Positions 1-12,990 of a stretch of DNA of 64,000 bases are shown here, in pieces. The translations under genes were made by a program, and so were the position numbers. Position 1 is the stretch's first letter. Each line of letters begins with the position of its first letter. Below the pieces are notes generated by a model. It was given only the letters and a program-made list of their open reading frames with translations, was not told the DNA's origin and ran no database searches. Origin of the DNA: Octopus sinensis (taxonomy: Eukaryota); assembly GCF_006345805.1 (NCBI RefSeq), contig NC_043007.1, forward strand, positions 8,060,001-8,124,000, written 5' to 3'.

Positions 1-620
1 TCAGAGAGAGTAGAAGCGTAGATACGACAAGGTAACCCAAAACCTTCACTGGCTACTATGTCCGAAGTATGGATACGAGGTAAAGGGTGCTTAGTACCAA
101 CATACACCGGAAAAGGTAATGGAAGAAAAGGGGGAGGCAAAAATCCCTTGGAACTTTGACTTCCAGACAGACAAAGTGTTAGAACACCGAAGGCCGGATA
201 TAGTAACCTTTAGGAGGAATAAACAAGAGAGCTTAATAATGGACGTGGCTGTGCCAGGAGATCGACATATCATGAAAGAAAAAGAAAAGGTTGGGAGAGC
301 TGAGAATTGAGATTGCTAAGATGTGGCAGCTACGAGAGTCAAACATAAAGGTTGTCCCTGTTGTCACCGGAGCATTGGGTTCAATACCACCCAACCTGAA
401 GAAACATCTGGAAACTTTAAAAATACACAACAATCTAGGTGTATTGCAAAAGTTGGCATTTCTTGGAACTGCACGCATATTGCACAAAGTACTGTCAGTC
501 TGAGGTCCTTGCTGTGACTTGAGAGAAAGTAGAAACCCCCGGTGGACAAAATATCTGCAATCAACAATCTCACGAGATTGGATACTGTGCGACATCTTAA
601 ACAACAACAACAGCAACAAT
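1..620 (+). mobile_element. 3' end of an RLE-type (R4/Dong/R2-group-like) non-LTR retrotransposon, frameshifted, with (AAC)n tail
   Basis: ORFs 119-310 and 291-503 read WNFDFQTDKVLEHRRPDIV..IMDVAVPGD..KEKEK / ELRIEIAKMW..VVPVVTGALG..LQKLAFLGTARILHKVL, the restriction-like endonuclease PD..D..K signature. AAC repeats follow at about 599-620. Confidence 0.85.
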
Positions 621-745
621 GGTTTCAAATGTTGGCACAAGGCCAGTAATTTCGGGGAGGAGCTAGGTCGATTACATCGATCCCAGTGTTCAACTGGTTC
701 TTATTTTATCGATCCCGAAAGGATGAAAGGCAAAGTCGAACACGA
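620..745 (-). mobile_element. tRNA-derived SINE family B, partial (core GCCTTTCATCCTTTCGGGGTCGATAAAATAAGTACCAG on its sense strand)
   Basis: The same core recurs at about 10428-10650(+), 10670-10855(+), 11232-11458(+), 15070-15272(-), 16240-16455(+), 21195-21420(-), 27560-27772(-), 33770-34900 (cluster), 39552-39748(-) and 54670-54850(-). Confidence 0.8.
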
Positions 746-1060
746 TTGAAAGAAGAAAAAGAAGAATATATGTACGTATGTATGCACGTGCTATGGATGT
801 ATGAATATACGTATGTATGTATAATCTAAAAGTTAATGGGGAAAGTCAATCGTTTAAATAGAACTCAGAAATGTTTGCTTAAATCATAAGAAAGATAATT
901 CAGAGTAAATCAAATCACCAGAAAAATGAAGAAAAAATATGAAAATTATTTTAAGCAATAAAAACTTAATCTAAGGCTTCTGAAAAATCAAATTTAAAAG
1001 AAAATGGAGTGAAAAATAAACAGTTTGTAATGAGTATACATTAGAACAAAAATATAGTAT

Positions 1061-2209
1061 ACTAGCTTAAGGTGACCCGCTCTACGCGCGGGTGAGGGTG
1101 TGGTTGACAGTTTCTGTTGCTTCCTTTCTGTTTCTTATCGCCGCGTTCTCCCTCTTTGTTTCTCTCTCCTTTCTCTTTCACTTTCTCACTCTCTTACTCT
1201 TCCTTTCTCTCGGACTCTCCCTCGCTTTCTCTTACTCTCTATCTTTCTCTATCTATCTCTCTCCCATTTATAAAAATCAAAAGATCTTGAGTAAGTTAAG
1301 AAAGAAAATATTTTGAAAGATTAATCATAAATATCAGGCAGTGACAACGGAAAGCACACTTGCCTTTTGTACGCGCTACTATTTGAGCGATTAAAAATAA
1401 GGAAAAAAGGATTTCTTTGTTAAATTTAGTACTTATTGTGGGAATTTTTCGACGATTGACCATGCAAATGAAAGCTCTAAACATGGGTTACATGCAGCTG
1501 TAAATTTCTTTCAAAAAAATGAAAACTGTAAACAATAAAAAATAAAAGGCAAAAATACGTAAAAATGAGAAATTTTTTTCAAATTCAAAAATCTTGCCTT
1601 AATTTTCAAAATTTCGAATCCATTTTCCGCGCTTAAATTACAGATCTGCTTCCACTTTACCATGTTGAAAACTTGATTGAAATCGGGAAAAAGGCGTCCA
1701 ATCTAGACCCCCAAGTGTCCCCAAAAATCAATAAAATACCGGTTTTCACAGCAAAGTAACCACTGTAGCGCCCCAAAACGTCTCCCAATCAACTTCTCAC
1801 CTCAAGTTACCCCCTCCTGTAAATTTTAATCCCTTTCCAGCCCCATTTAGAACCCTTTTTACATAAAAATCCAATTTGTATCAACATTCGCCTTCTTCAT
1901 TTTATAGATTAAAGATAATCGCCACTAACCCCCGAAACAACACGAAAAGCCACCATTATTCAAACAGCGCAACCTGTCTATCCCATGGAACTCAATTTTT
2001 TCCCATATTCCTCACCATGGCAACCAAACGGTAGCCCCGAGCGACTTGCAGCCCTCTTCATATCATTGTCCACTCCATTTTACCCCCCCCCCAGTGTAAA
2101 TTTTGGTGCCAATCCGACCCCATCTACCGCCCCTTAAACCGTTCCCATCCCCAAATGAGACAAATAACCAAGAAATCAAACAACTTTTTCGCATTTCAGC
2201 TTTATAGAT
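1061..2209 (+). mobile_element. Helentron/HINE (DINE-1-like) non-autonomous element
   Basis: Starts ACTAG..ACCCGC..GCGGGT (subterminal hairpin), has an internal CT-rich tract, and ends TTTATAGAT with a duplicated 3' module (about 1900 and 2200). A homologous copy lies on the - strand at about 38140-39323. Confidence 0.6.
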
Positions 2210-2289
2210 ATTGATTTGGGAATACCAAATGTTTACTCCGTAGAAACTTAGATTTTATATTGTCCAAGATGATATTGAATCATGGTATT

Positions 2290-2420
2290 GAATCCGGAAG
2301 TGAGTTAACAAATAAACGGAAGTTGCACTCAAGACGTAGTTTGTGTCGTATTTATTAACAAGTTGATTTAGCTCTTTGTGTTACATTGCTTCCCAGTATT
2401 CAAGATGGTCGTGTTTTCTC
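2290..2420 (+). promoter_or_regulatory. Possible TATA-less core promoter
   Basis: Two ETS-type motifs (CCGGAAGT at about 2294, ACGGAAGT at about 2316) and a YY1-like CAAGATGG at 2401, in non-repetitive sequence. Confidence 0.25.
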
Positions 2421-3123
2421 CGCCACACCCATGTATTTATTTCGCTTAGGAATAGCAAAACTAATAACCTGGTGTTAGAACTTGATATACGTATGGTTCA
2501 GAAGGAAGTGTTAATCGGCTGCAGAGCGTCATACGAGATGGGATAAATGACAATGGAGCAATACATTATGCAATGAACTTCGTTACTTTACAGCTGTTTC
2601 TATGTACTTATAATCGAGTGCTTGTGTAACACGCACAGTCATATTTAACAACATTTAAATACATACATACATACATACATACATACATACATACATACAT
2701 ACATACATACATACATACATAAAAACGTACGTACGTACGTACGTTTGTAAATATCTGGTTTTTTTCGTTGTTTGAAAAAAGTTCTTTTCCATGGTTTTGT
2801 TTTTAAGTTTTCGTTTCTCATTGTGTCCGACGTTTTTTTTTTTGGTGTCCTGTACCTATATATGCATGTATATATACATATAGATGTAGGTATGTACATA
2901 TATGTATGTATATATGCATATGTTTTATTTATTATTTTGTTATGTATGTATGTATGTATGTATGTATGTATAAATGTTGTTAAATACGACTGCGGGTGTG
3001 AGAACACTTACACTGCTAGAAATAAGAGCTGAAAGGCTCTATTGTTGCTATCAACGCATATAAAATTGTATAATACATGCTGGGAGCGACCGTAGATAGC
3101 CGGAATGTGGCGATCGTGATATC

Positions 3124-3166
3124 ATCTTTGCCGTACGGTTTCAGCTTAAGGCCAAAGCATCGTCAG
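3124..3166 (-). ncRNA. Degenerate minimal type I hammerhead motif (Penelope-type)
   Basis: Minus strand reads CTGACGA-tGCTT-tggcctt-AAGCt-GAAAC-cgtacg-GCA-aagat. Stem III is palindromic, the cleavage triplet is GCA instead of GUH, and the 5' strand of stem I is replaced by a TA tract. Confidence 0.55.
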
Positions 3167-3222
<56 letters not shown>

Positions 3223-3225
<3 letters not shown>

Positions 3226-3380
3226 GACGGGCTTCTTTCAGTTTCCGTCTACCAAATCCACTCACAAGGCTTTGGTCGGCCCGAGGCTATAGTAGAGACA
3301 CTTGCCCAAGGTGCCACGCAGTGGGACTGAACCTGGAACCATGTGGTTGGGAAGCAAGCTTCTTACCACACAACCACTCC
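3223..3380 (-). mobile_element. tRNA-derived CORE-like SINE family A (head)
   Basis: Sense strand reads GGAGTGGTTGTGTGGTAAGAAG..GGTTCAGTCCC..CCTTGGGCAAGTGTCT (A/B boxes plus CORE-like motif). Copies at about 3815-4175(-), 6395-6520(-), 9915-10310(+), 22025-23170(-, nested), 40735-41070(+), 42545-42910(+), 44760-44885(-), 46840-47040(+), 47745-48170(-), 48330-48880(+) and 61478-61825(+). Confidence 0.85.
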
Positions 3381-3383
3381 ATA

Positions 3384-3557
3384 TAGAAGTAGACGTCAGA
3401 TACCTATAATCCACTCTAAAACTTGTTCTCTTTATTCTCGATATCCAATTATTCATAATTTTGTATATTTTCTTGCTCATTCCCTCGCCTTCGACCTGTA
3501 GTTGAATAGAGATGACAAATTTTAGAGTGGATTGTAGGTATTTGACATCTACTTCTA
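3384..3557. mobile_element. MITE with about 50-bp imperfect terminal inverted repeats, TA-flanked
   Basis: TAGAAGTAGACGTCAGATACCTATAATCCACTCTAAAA.. is the inverted counterpart of ..TTTTAGAGTGGATTGTAGGTATTTGACATCTACTTCTA. Confidence 0.65.
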
Positions 3558-3777
3558 GCGCAGGCGCTGGTTATTTCCAGTAACCCTTAATTATAATTAT
3601 AATTTTATGATTATATACTTTATATATATATATGATTCAAAACAGTTTGATTCAGTTCCGTGCTACTTCAAGTAACACGAATCAAAGTGTTTTAAATCGT
3701 ATTTGTAACCCCTACTTAATGGGTTGAGCGCCCTTTTCTTTCGTTTGTCCACTCACTCAAATACAAACACACGCACG

Positions 3778-3815
<38 letters not shown>

Positions 3816-4255
3816 ATCTTGTTCCTTGTTTCTGTCATGGGACTGTGGCCATGCTGAAGGGTTTTGGCCCACCTTGAAGGGTTTGGGCCGAGCGAACCGA
3901 TTTCTTTAAGCCTGGCAGTTATTCTATCTTTGGCCGAACTGCGAAGTTACTGGAACGTAAACAAACCAACACCAATTGTTAAGTGGTGGCGGGAGACAAA
4001 AACAAAGAAACTCACAGAAACCCCTCCCCCACACACTCACACACGGACGCATACACACAGACACATACACTCACACATACATACACACAGACACACACAA
4101 AACACATACACACACACACACATGACAGGCTTCTTTCAGTTTCTGTCTATCAAATCCACTCACAAGGTTTTGGTCGTTTGTATTAAAAGAATTTAATATC
4201 GTTATAGGAATCCGGCAATATGTATGTATGCATGCATACATGTATGTATATAACT

Positions 4256-4333
<78 letters not shown>

Positions 4334-5101
4334 TGCATATATGTATGTATATGTTTATATATGTATGTATTTATGAATGTATGTATGGATGGCTGGCTGG
4401 ATATATGGATACATGTATGTATGTATTTATATATGTATGTATATATGTTTGCATATTTGTATGTGTCCATACATGCATGTATTTATATATGTATGTATTT
4501 ATGTATCTGTTTTCTATATGTATGTATGCATATGTGTATGTATGCATACATGTATGTATGCATGTGTGTATATATATATATATATATGTGTGGTGTGTGT
4601 GTGTGTGTGTGTGTGTTTGTGTATACATATATATATAGAAAACTTCTGTTAAGTCCTGACAGCACTTCGAATTCCCAACTCCATTGGTACAAATGTCACG
4701 ATACCAAAATCTGTGAAATGGAGAATGGTTCTGCAGAGATAATGCAGAATCTGGATTTGTATCTTTGCAACTCTCAGCTCCGATTACATGGAATCATTAA
4801 TGCATTTGGTTACGCAATTAAATTTTTATACAGCAGCACCGCTGAGGATTTCGTGTTCGGAAAGACAGAATGGAATTTATTATCAGCCGAGATAATTATA
4901 AGTAAAACCTGTGTAAAAGTTTCGCATTTATTGATGTCTTTGTAACAATAGAATAATCTCACAGCCCCCACCTCTTGCATTGTACTGTTTGGTGAATGGA
5001 TGGGAAGACACGCTACATCACTCGCTCGCACACATGCCATGCAGACGGCCACACACACGATCAAGTTCATACAAACGCATACATAAATACATACATATAA
5101 T

Positions 5102-5164
<63 letters not shown>

Positions 5165-5192
5165 TATATATATGTGTGTGTGGTGTGTGTGT

Positions 5193-5226
<34 letters not shown>

Positions 5227-5342
5227 GATAGATAGATAGATAGATAGATCGATAGATAGATAGATAGATAGAGACATATATACATACATTGAAAAGTATG
5301 CATATAATCTGTGTGTGTGCGTGCGTGCGCGCGCGTGTGTGT

Positions 5343-5384
<42 letters not shown>

Positions 5385-6563
5385 ACAAATCAATGAATAA
5401 AAGAAAGTAGGAATGAACACGTTCGTTTTGTTAGAGTTACATATATTTAGTAGCAGTTTGATTCAATTCCACATCACTTACAGTTTTGTGTGCGTAAGAC
5501 ACGTCCACGCCATCGAATGTTCGGAGAGTGAAGGGAGAGAATTTAAGACAAATTAAAAATGGCCACCACATATTTAGGCTTCCATTTGTCCGTTCAGGAT
5601 ATGTAGTTGTGGTCATAGCGGTATCGATTATTTTATTGTTAGGACTACGTGGTGCAGACAGGATGTTGGCGTACTTTGTGGGCATTCTTCAACGACACCA
5701 GTTCTTTTCATGAGAAACTGCACGTGGTAGGATAGGACAGAAGTTGGTGCCAATTAGTCTGTGATCATTTTGTAGGGTTAGGTACTTTAACGACGATAGT
5801 TATCACTTGAGCGTAACCGATTCGATGGCAACAGATTATAAATGAGTTCCCGTGACAAACATGAATAGGCTGTAGCCTCTACGGACAGGAATTGTATTCT
5901 CTGTCACTGTGCGTGGGAAAGCTAGGCCTAATGTGGTATATATATATATATATTAAGGTATGTAGAAAAATACAACATGGACAAGAACGTATAACTCTTA
6001 GAAGACGATACAATAAACACGGACAGGACATTCGAAACCCTCAGTCTTCAGTCAAGAACCGGATCATCGTAGTAATTTCGGCTGATATATATATATATAT
6101 ATATATATATACAGCAATGACATCAGTGACCAAAGATTTGAAGTTCATTAACAGGGTGTGCTCTTTTTCGTATTGATAAATGCTATGGGCTGGTGGAATA
6201 TGTGCAGTCTGTCATGGAAGTTGAATTGATGTTTACGAGCTCCAGGTGAGTAGAAAGAGGTCTTGTTGAGGTTGCCTCATGTAGAGTTGGGGAAGTCGTT
6301 TCAGTAGTCCTGGAATCTCCGGATAAACCGAGAGAGGGAAGTGAAGTTTTCTCTCTTTCTACATCTGAAAGAGTGCATGTGTTGTGTGTATCTGTCTTTA
6401 AAGTTATTGAATGTCGTGCCCACATGATATAGTGTGCCCAAGGTGCTGCATACAAGGATTGAGCCTGAAACCAGGTAGTCGTTTAAGTAAACTTCTTAAA
6501 CACACCGCTATGGCTGCGCCTATATGGAAAATTTTTAAATTGCTTTTTTTATTATATTTTCAG

Positions 6564-6673
6564 GCTTTGTTATGGAAGACGAAAAAAATGCCATAACTGA
6601 CGAAATTCTATTATTGAATGGTAAATGTCTCAAAGAGTATAACTATGTCGATGTGAAAAACCATATCCAGGAA
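6564..6673 (+). CDS. Candidate coding exon, PDZ-domain-like (FVMEDEKNAITDEILLLNGKCLKEYNYVDVKNHIQE)
   Basis: Polypyrimidine tract plus TTTCAG acceptor, GAA|GTAAGT donor, open in one frame. DEILxxNG followed by an amphipathic helix matches PDZ betaD-betaE-alphaB. Confidence 0.6.
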
Positions 6674-6745
6674 GTAAGTATATGTATAGATATTTCCAAA
6701 CCTGTGTGTGCATGTGAGAATATGTGTGTGTGCGTGCGTGCGTGC

Positions 6746-6909
<164 letters not shown>

Positions 6910-7109
6910 TAGATATACGTGTATGTATATGAATATATACAACACACAAGAGGAAGTCAAAGATGATACGCACTTTTGCCAAAACTTTCTTTAGGTTAAT
7001 CATACTGTCTTCAGTACTCACGAGCTAAAAGTGACACTCTGATGGTTACGGAATCAAGGTTCGACCTTGATCGCTCCAATTTGCTGTCTTGTGTTAAAAA
7101 ATAAACATA

Positions 7110-8080
7110 GTCGCTTCGTTGGCAATGTGTATCAAGGAAGACCAGAAATCAGCGAACCGATTTTTCTGCTCTGAAGATGAGTCAGGTGTGAAATTCATCG
7201 CAGGATTTCAGTCCAATACCGAGGACAGCACTCTACCGCGTAGAAGTGTGTAACAGTGGATCGAAAAGTTTAAAAATGGCAAACAAGTGTGAAGCACAAA
7301 GAAGGAGCAAAACGCCCATCAACCTCTACTACTGATATGAAGATTCATCGAGAGATGGTTCTAGCGAACCGACGTGTGACCTTCGATGAAGTGGCATGTT
7401 CCCTGTAGATTGGTCTGTGTGAAATGGATGCCAAAAGAGCTTATCGAAGCGCATAATCGCAATTGTGTGGAGATCTGTCAGCGATTACTCGACTGCGACA
7501 ACAATGACGGCGAAGTATCTTTGGAGAGGATAGTAACAAGAGTTGAGACTTGGGTCCATCACTGAGCCAGAATCCAAAAGGCAAAGTATGGAGTGGAAAC
7601 ACCCGGAATTGCCAGCGAAAAAGATATTCACGATCAACCTGCTGCAGAAAAAGTTATGCTAACTGTTTTTTAGAATGCAAAACGTCCTGTACTGGAACTT
7701 ACTTGGAAAAGGGGTCTACAATCACCAGTGTGGGTCACAGTGAAGTGCTGGCCTACAAACTGAAACTAGCAATTCACCTCAAAGTCGAGTATTATTGCTG
7801 CATGACAATGCAAGCCCACATACAGCCGCCCACGCCATTGAAATCATTGAAAAATTGGGTTCCGAATTTCTGGAAAACTCTGCATATAGTCCAGATCTCG
7901 CCTTCAAACTATCATCTCTTTTCACTGCTCAAACATCCTTTACGAGATCATTGATTTACAACGGACGAAGAAGCGCAGGAAGCAGTGCATAAAAGATTGC
8001 GCAACCAACCGAAAATCTCTGGTGGAATAAGCAAATTTGTGGACCGTTGGAAGAAGTAAGGAGACTATGTCGAAAATGAG
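7110..8080 (+). pseudogene. Decayed mariner transposase
   Basis: Across frameshifts it reads RPSTS..NRRVT, WMPKEL, IVTRVETWVHH..PESKRQSMEWKH, LLHDNASPHTA, YSPDLA..YHLF and GDYVE. Confidence 0.9.
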
Positions 8081-8199
8081 GTGTGTGTGTGTGTGTGTGC
8101 ATGTGTCAGTGAATCTGAATATATATATAACCTTCGGGAATTTATAATGTATTTAGAAACAATAGCAATAGTAATTAGCCTGTTTAATAACTTAAACAG

Positions 8200-8945
8200 G
8201 ACTCTAGAATTTGGCATTATCGATTTCTATTCATCGATAATACATACCTTTTAACAAATAGAAGGAGGAGTTCCACTTTAAAACTGCATTAGAATATAGG
8301 GGCTTCAAAGTCAAAATTAAGTTAATACCCGACTCCCTACCCTCCTGAACAAAGAACAGGCATCATTGTATTATCTGGTTCACATCCTCTTACTCATCAC
8401 ATGTAAAGACTATTATATCTAAAAGATTCTTGGCAGTAGCAGACAGATTCTTTTTCTAATCAACATTATTACGGAGAATGTTTCAATAGAAACTGTTTAA
8501 CAGTAAGTTATTGTTGTACTGCCAATATGAAGAACATTACGACAAGCAAAGCGTGAGGATCAACGGAAACATGATGCGTAGACCAAGATGCTGAAGACTG
8601 CTCGTTCAATTAGGCTCGCAGTGGCGATGTACTTGTGTATGTAACTGAAGTTACCAAGCAGTACGGATCAGTAGATAGTTAACATTACATAGGAATGGAA
8701 TATGACAAGTTCAAGTTGTAAAGAAAGAAAATCCAAATCCTCATCTAATTATGACGGGTAAATCATAACAATACCTACCGTAAAATAAAATGGAAAGTAT
8801 TAGGGCTGACCATGCCATACAAAAACGGAACGCAATGATTTCATTTATGCATAACAACATTAAAAGATCACCAAAATATTTAAATCGGCATCAGAGTTTT
8901 CATTAGGTGTCGCCACTTCGTCAAGTTTCTGTTAAAGATTTGGAA
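8200..8945 (+). mobile_element. Penelope-like element remnant (RT C-terminus/linker plus GIY-YIG endonuclease)
   Basis: Fragments IIWFTSSYSSHVKTIISKRFL..FNRNCLTVSYCCTANMKNI, then LVYVTEV..HYIGM..KFK (GIY-YIG), IKWKVL..PYKNG..LC and CRHFVKFLLK, matching the PLE pattern WFNPP..FNRNTxKVSYSCxxNM..YIG..CRH. Confidence 0.75.
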
Positions 8946-9329
8946 GCCCGTTTTAGTAGTAGATCAAACAGTTGCTTGTAGAAGCACAACCTATATGTAA
9001 TCAGAAACAGACATAAACAGCTTCTCGGTTCTCCCCACCTTGATGCGTCTAGAATATAATAGCTTCAGGGAGACATTTTCAGCTGAGGAGATTGGAGCAA
9101 CATTAAGTGAAATGCCTTGCTCAAGGAATTGAACGCATGCATTATGGTCGTAAACCCAACACCCTAACTTCTAAACCATGAGCCTTCATACACATGCACA
9201 CACGTTCATACACATACATATGTACTTATATACATATGTACACACACACATATATACATGTATACACACACACACACACACATATATGTATAGACACACA
9301 TGTATATATAAATATATGCGTATAATTCT

Positions 9330-9454
9330 TAATTGGTAGTAACTAACAAAGTAACTCAAGGGCCGGGAGTTTCGTACCTGACGCTTATCAAGTGAAAAGT
9401 TTTCTGCACGAAACTCTCAGTTCTTAAATCACTTGTGCAAATTCCTGCCGATTA
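9330..9454. repeat. Degenerate fold-back/MITE remnant
   Basis: Inner GAGTTTCGT..ACGAAACTC and outer TAATTGGTAG..CTGCCGATTA inverted pairs. Confidence 0.35.
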
Positions 9455-9461
9455 AAAACTA

Positions 9462-9508
<47 letters not shown>

Positions 9509-12089
9509 ACAGACACGCTCACACTCATACATACATTCATCCATCCCTACATACAATAAAACATACATATATGCATGCATACATCCATCCATGCTCACAT
9601 ACAAGGTATGCCATAGAAAAATCTTTGATCGTAAAATCTGTCTGATCTGGACCGGGGTTAAATAGCACCGGCGATGCTGGTAATAACAGAACAGACTTTC
9701 TTTGAAATATTTCAAACATCCTTCCTTCTTTTTTTTTTATTGTTTTCCAGGATTTATGTTGAATATTAAAAATAAAATCCATTATAATTGCCATTAACAC
9801 ATTTACTTTTCCAACTGTACAACATTGCTTTTGTAGTATTGAAATGGAATGTGACAAAATTAGAAGCAGCAGATTCAAAAGGTGTTTGTTAGGAAAAAAT
9901 TAAACTGGCCCCGCAGATGTGGCTGTGTGGTAAGACGCTTGCTTCCTAACCACATTGTCGGATCCAGTTCAATTGCGTGGTTCCTTGGGCAAGTGTCTTC
10001 TATTATAGCCCCAGGCCGACCAAAGCCTGGTGAGTGGATTTGGTAGACAAAAGAGCTGAGAGAATACCGTCGTGTGAACACGGATGTGCTTGTGTGTGTG
10101 TGTGTGTTTATGGGTGTTCATGTTTGTATTTTATTTGTTCCCCTTCACCGTTTGACAACCGGTGTTGGTTTGTGTACGTGTCTGTAACTTTGCGGTTCGG
10201 CAAACGGGATTGATGGAATAAATACCAGATTTTAAACATAGGTACGGGCGTTGATTTGTTCGAGGAAGCTCTTCAAGTCGGTGCCCCAGCATGGCCGTAG
10301 AAAACATGTAAACGCAAAATTGAAAAAAAAAGGTATATTTTAAAAAATAACAAACATGGTATTTTTATAAGTACCACAGAAAAGTTTTAACGTCCCCCCC
10401 CCGCCTTTTAGTTAAAGATAGTAGGGTAAGGCGGTGAATTAGCGGAATCGTTATCGCGCCGGACGAAATGCTTAGCGGCATTTCTTTCGACTTAACAGCC
10501 TAAGTTCAAATTCTTCCGGTATCGACTTTGCCTTTCATCCTTTCGGAGTCGATAAAATAAGAACCTGATCAGCACTAGGGTCGCTGTAATCAACTAGAGT
10601 CCCTCTTACAAAATTCCAGCCCTTGTGCCCTCTGGTAGGAAGAACTATTAAACAGCAGGGTAAAAAGCAGCAAGCAGTGCGTCGGTCAAAATGCATTTCT
10701 GCTGTATTTTACGTTCCGAGTTCAAACCACACCGAAATTACTTTACCTTTTTTACTTTCGAAGTCGATAAAATAAGTACCAGTTGGATACTGGGACCGAT
10801 GTGATCAATTTACCTCCTCCACTCAAAAATACTGGCCTTGTGTCGAAATTTAAAGGAATGCTGGTTAGTTGGGTGGTAGAGCTTCAATCTAAAATGGCAA
10901 GCATCACTCGATGCAAGAACTGAACCCACGGCCTTGTGATGGCAAAGCGACCACCCTAACAACTAAGCCATGCAGCATCGCTACAGCATCAGGAGTGAGG
11001 TTTACACAGAATTTTGTGAAACCAGTTAGAGTAAAGTGCAATATATCAGAAAAACCTGTCAACCCTTCAAAAATAATGTCATTCACCCAGAAGGAATATA
11101 GAATAATTAGATTGGTTATATTTCCTTTCTCCCCAGAAGAAGAAAACAATCAAATATAAACGAAAATAGAACTGGAGATGATTTTTTTTATTTCTTTCTT
11201 CCCGGAGTCAAGAGATACAGGATGAGATTTAAGATGGCGAGCTGGCGGAATCGCTTTGCACGTCATACAAAATGGTTAGCGTCATGTCGTCTGTTTTTAC
11301 GTCCTGAATTCAAATTCCATTGAAGTCGATGTTCCTTTTCATCCATGCCGGGGGGGGGGGTCAATAAAATAAGTACCAGTTATGCATTGATGTCGATGTG
11401 ATCGACTCATCCCTTCTCCCACAATTGCTGCCCTTGTGGCAAAATTTGAAGCCAATATAAAGGCTGTGATCAAAATTTGTACCCCCTACATACTTTGCCA
11501 GGTTTAGAAAACAGTGTCTAAAAATTGATCTGTAAAAAGTTGCTTGAAGTTAGGTCCCTTCTTAAAACAAGAACAAAGGACAAAAATGAATAAATAAAAA
11601 GACCAAAATGTTAACTGGTGAAGCTGGTCATTAAATTCCCAAGGGAATTCTCGAGAAAGATATACTCCTGGACGAACAATATGACCAGCAGTATGGTCAC
11701 TCTTCAAAACTAGCACAATTGATGACCTATTAAACTCCTTCACTGTCCAGCTATCCACATTCTTTGTTTTCGCTGAATACTACAACTGACCCATCTTCAT
11801 CATTGCCATAATATTCTACTGCTACAACCATGACCACTACTACTGTCACTCCTTTCTTCCCACCTCTGTCCGCTTCATTTTGAATCTACGCCTCACAGTT
11901 CCATGATAAATCTGCCAACTGTAAATAAAGTAAAATCTATAATCGCATGATACCCCAAAATATGCCAGTTTTCTCAATGCGAGAGACTCTGCATACGCAG
12001 TAACTGCAATGTCACCCGTTTACCTGGGACAAAAACATGCAATTCGTACAAGCAGCACCAGCCAATGCCAAAACACACATCTTACACTG

Positions 12090-12990
12090 CTGCCACTGTT
12101 CTTGGACCCCTACTGTTTGTTGCATATATTTTAAGATATAGATGCCAATTTGAGGAATGTTACAGTGCTGAAATATGCAGATCACATCAAGCTGTACTTC
12201 GAAATAAAAAGAACAGATCCTATGTGCTATAGATCTTTCCTGCAATCAGACCTGGATACAATGCAGCAATGCATCTCTGACTGTCAACTCAAGCTAGCTG
12301 TGGATAAGTGCATCACCATGCATTTTGGGAGGAAAAATCCATCCTTTACATACTCTCTCAGCAATACCAATCTCAAGAAGTCTTCTAGCGGATGTGATAT
12401 GGACATAATTTTAAACAACGGTGTGCATTGGACAAACCACATCTCTAAGATTGTCCAGAAGGCTGAGGTGGTGCTAGCATCACTCAGTAAGAACTTTGTC
12501 AGCCATTCTCCAGTTACCTATTTAAAATTGTATACGACAATGGTACGTCCACAATTGGAATTTGCATCACCAGTCTGGAACCCCTATCTTGCTCAGCTTA
12601 TAAATCTCCTGGAAACTGTTCAGAAAAGTACAACAAAACGAATACCCACCGTCAGATATCTACCATATTCTGAACATCTTGTTCCCCTGGGCAGGGATAC
12701 ATTTAAGCTCAGACGTCTGGCAACTGACTTGGTTGACACCCACAAGATTATCCACCATCTTTCCAACCAACACCTTTTTGAATTCCATATGACAAACACT
12801 CGCGGACATGCTTATAAAATCAAAAAACAACACAGCACCCATGACTTTTGGAAACATTGTTTCACGCTCAGAATTGCTGAAGCATGGAATAAACTACCCG
12901 CATCAGTTGTTAGCTGTTGAGACACTACATCCTTCAAAACTTCCATGCTTCCTGATATCCACCAGCAGTAGACCTGTAGTTGTAGTGCAC
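12090..12990 (+). mobile_element. CR1/L2-group LINE reverse transcriptase, 5'-truncated
   Basis: VLGPLLF upstream, then ORF 12150-12920 with YADHIKLY (YADD), LQSDLD, VRPQLEFASPVWNPY, TRGH and WNKLP. Confidence 0.9.

Noticed and set aside
3300-3380. tRNA genes at SINE heads
   Set aside because: A/B boxes are present but there is no complete cloverleaf, and the heads continue into SINE bodies.
4220-5420. Long ORFs rich in YI/CV/HT repeats (also at 17-19 kb, 21 kb, 24 kb and 31-33 kb)
   Set aside because: Translations of (TA)n, (CA)n, (TACA)n and (TAGA)n microsatellites, which lack stop codons.
5598-5730. Possible upstream PDZ exon (GLRGADRMLAYFVG or SSFHEKLHV)
   Set aside because: The two suggestive peptides are in different frames and no credible donor gives the phase 1 needed to join 6564.
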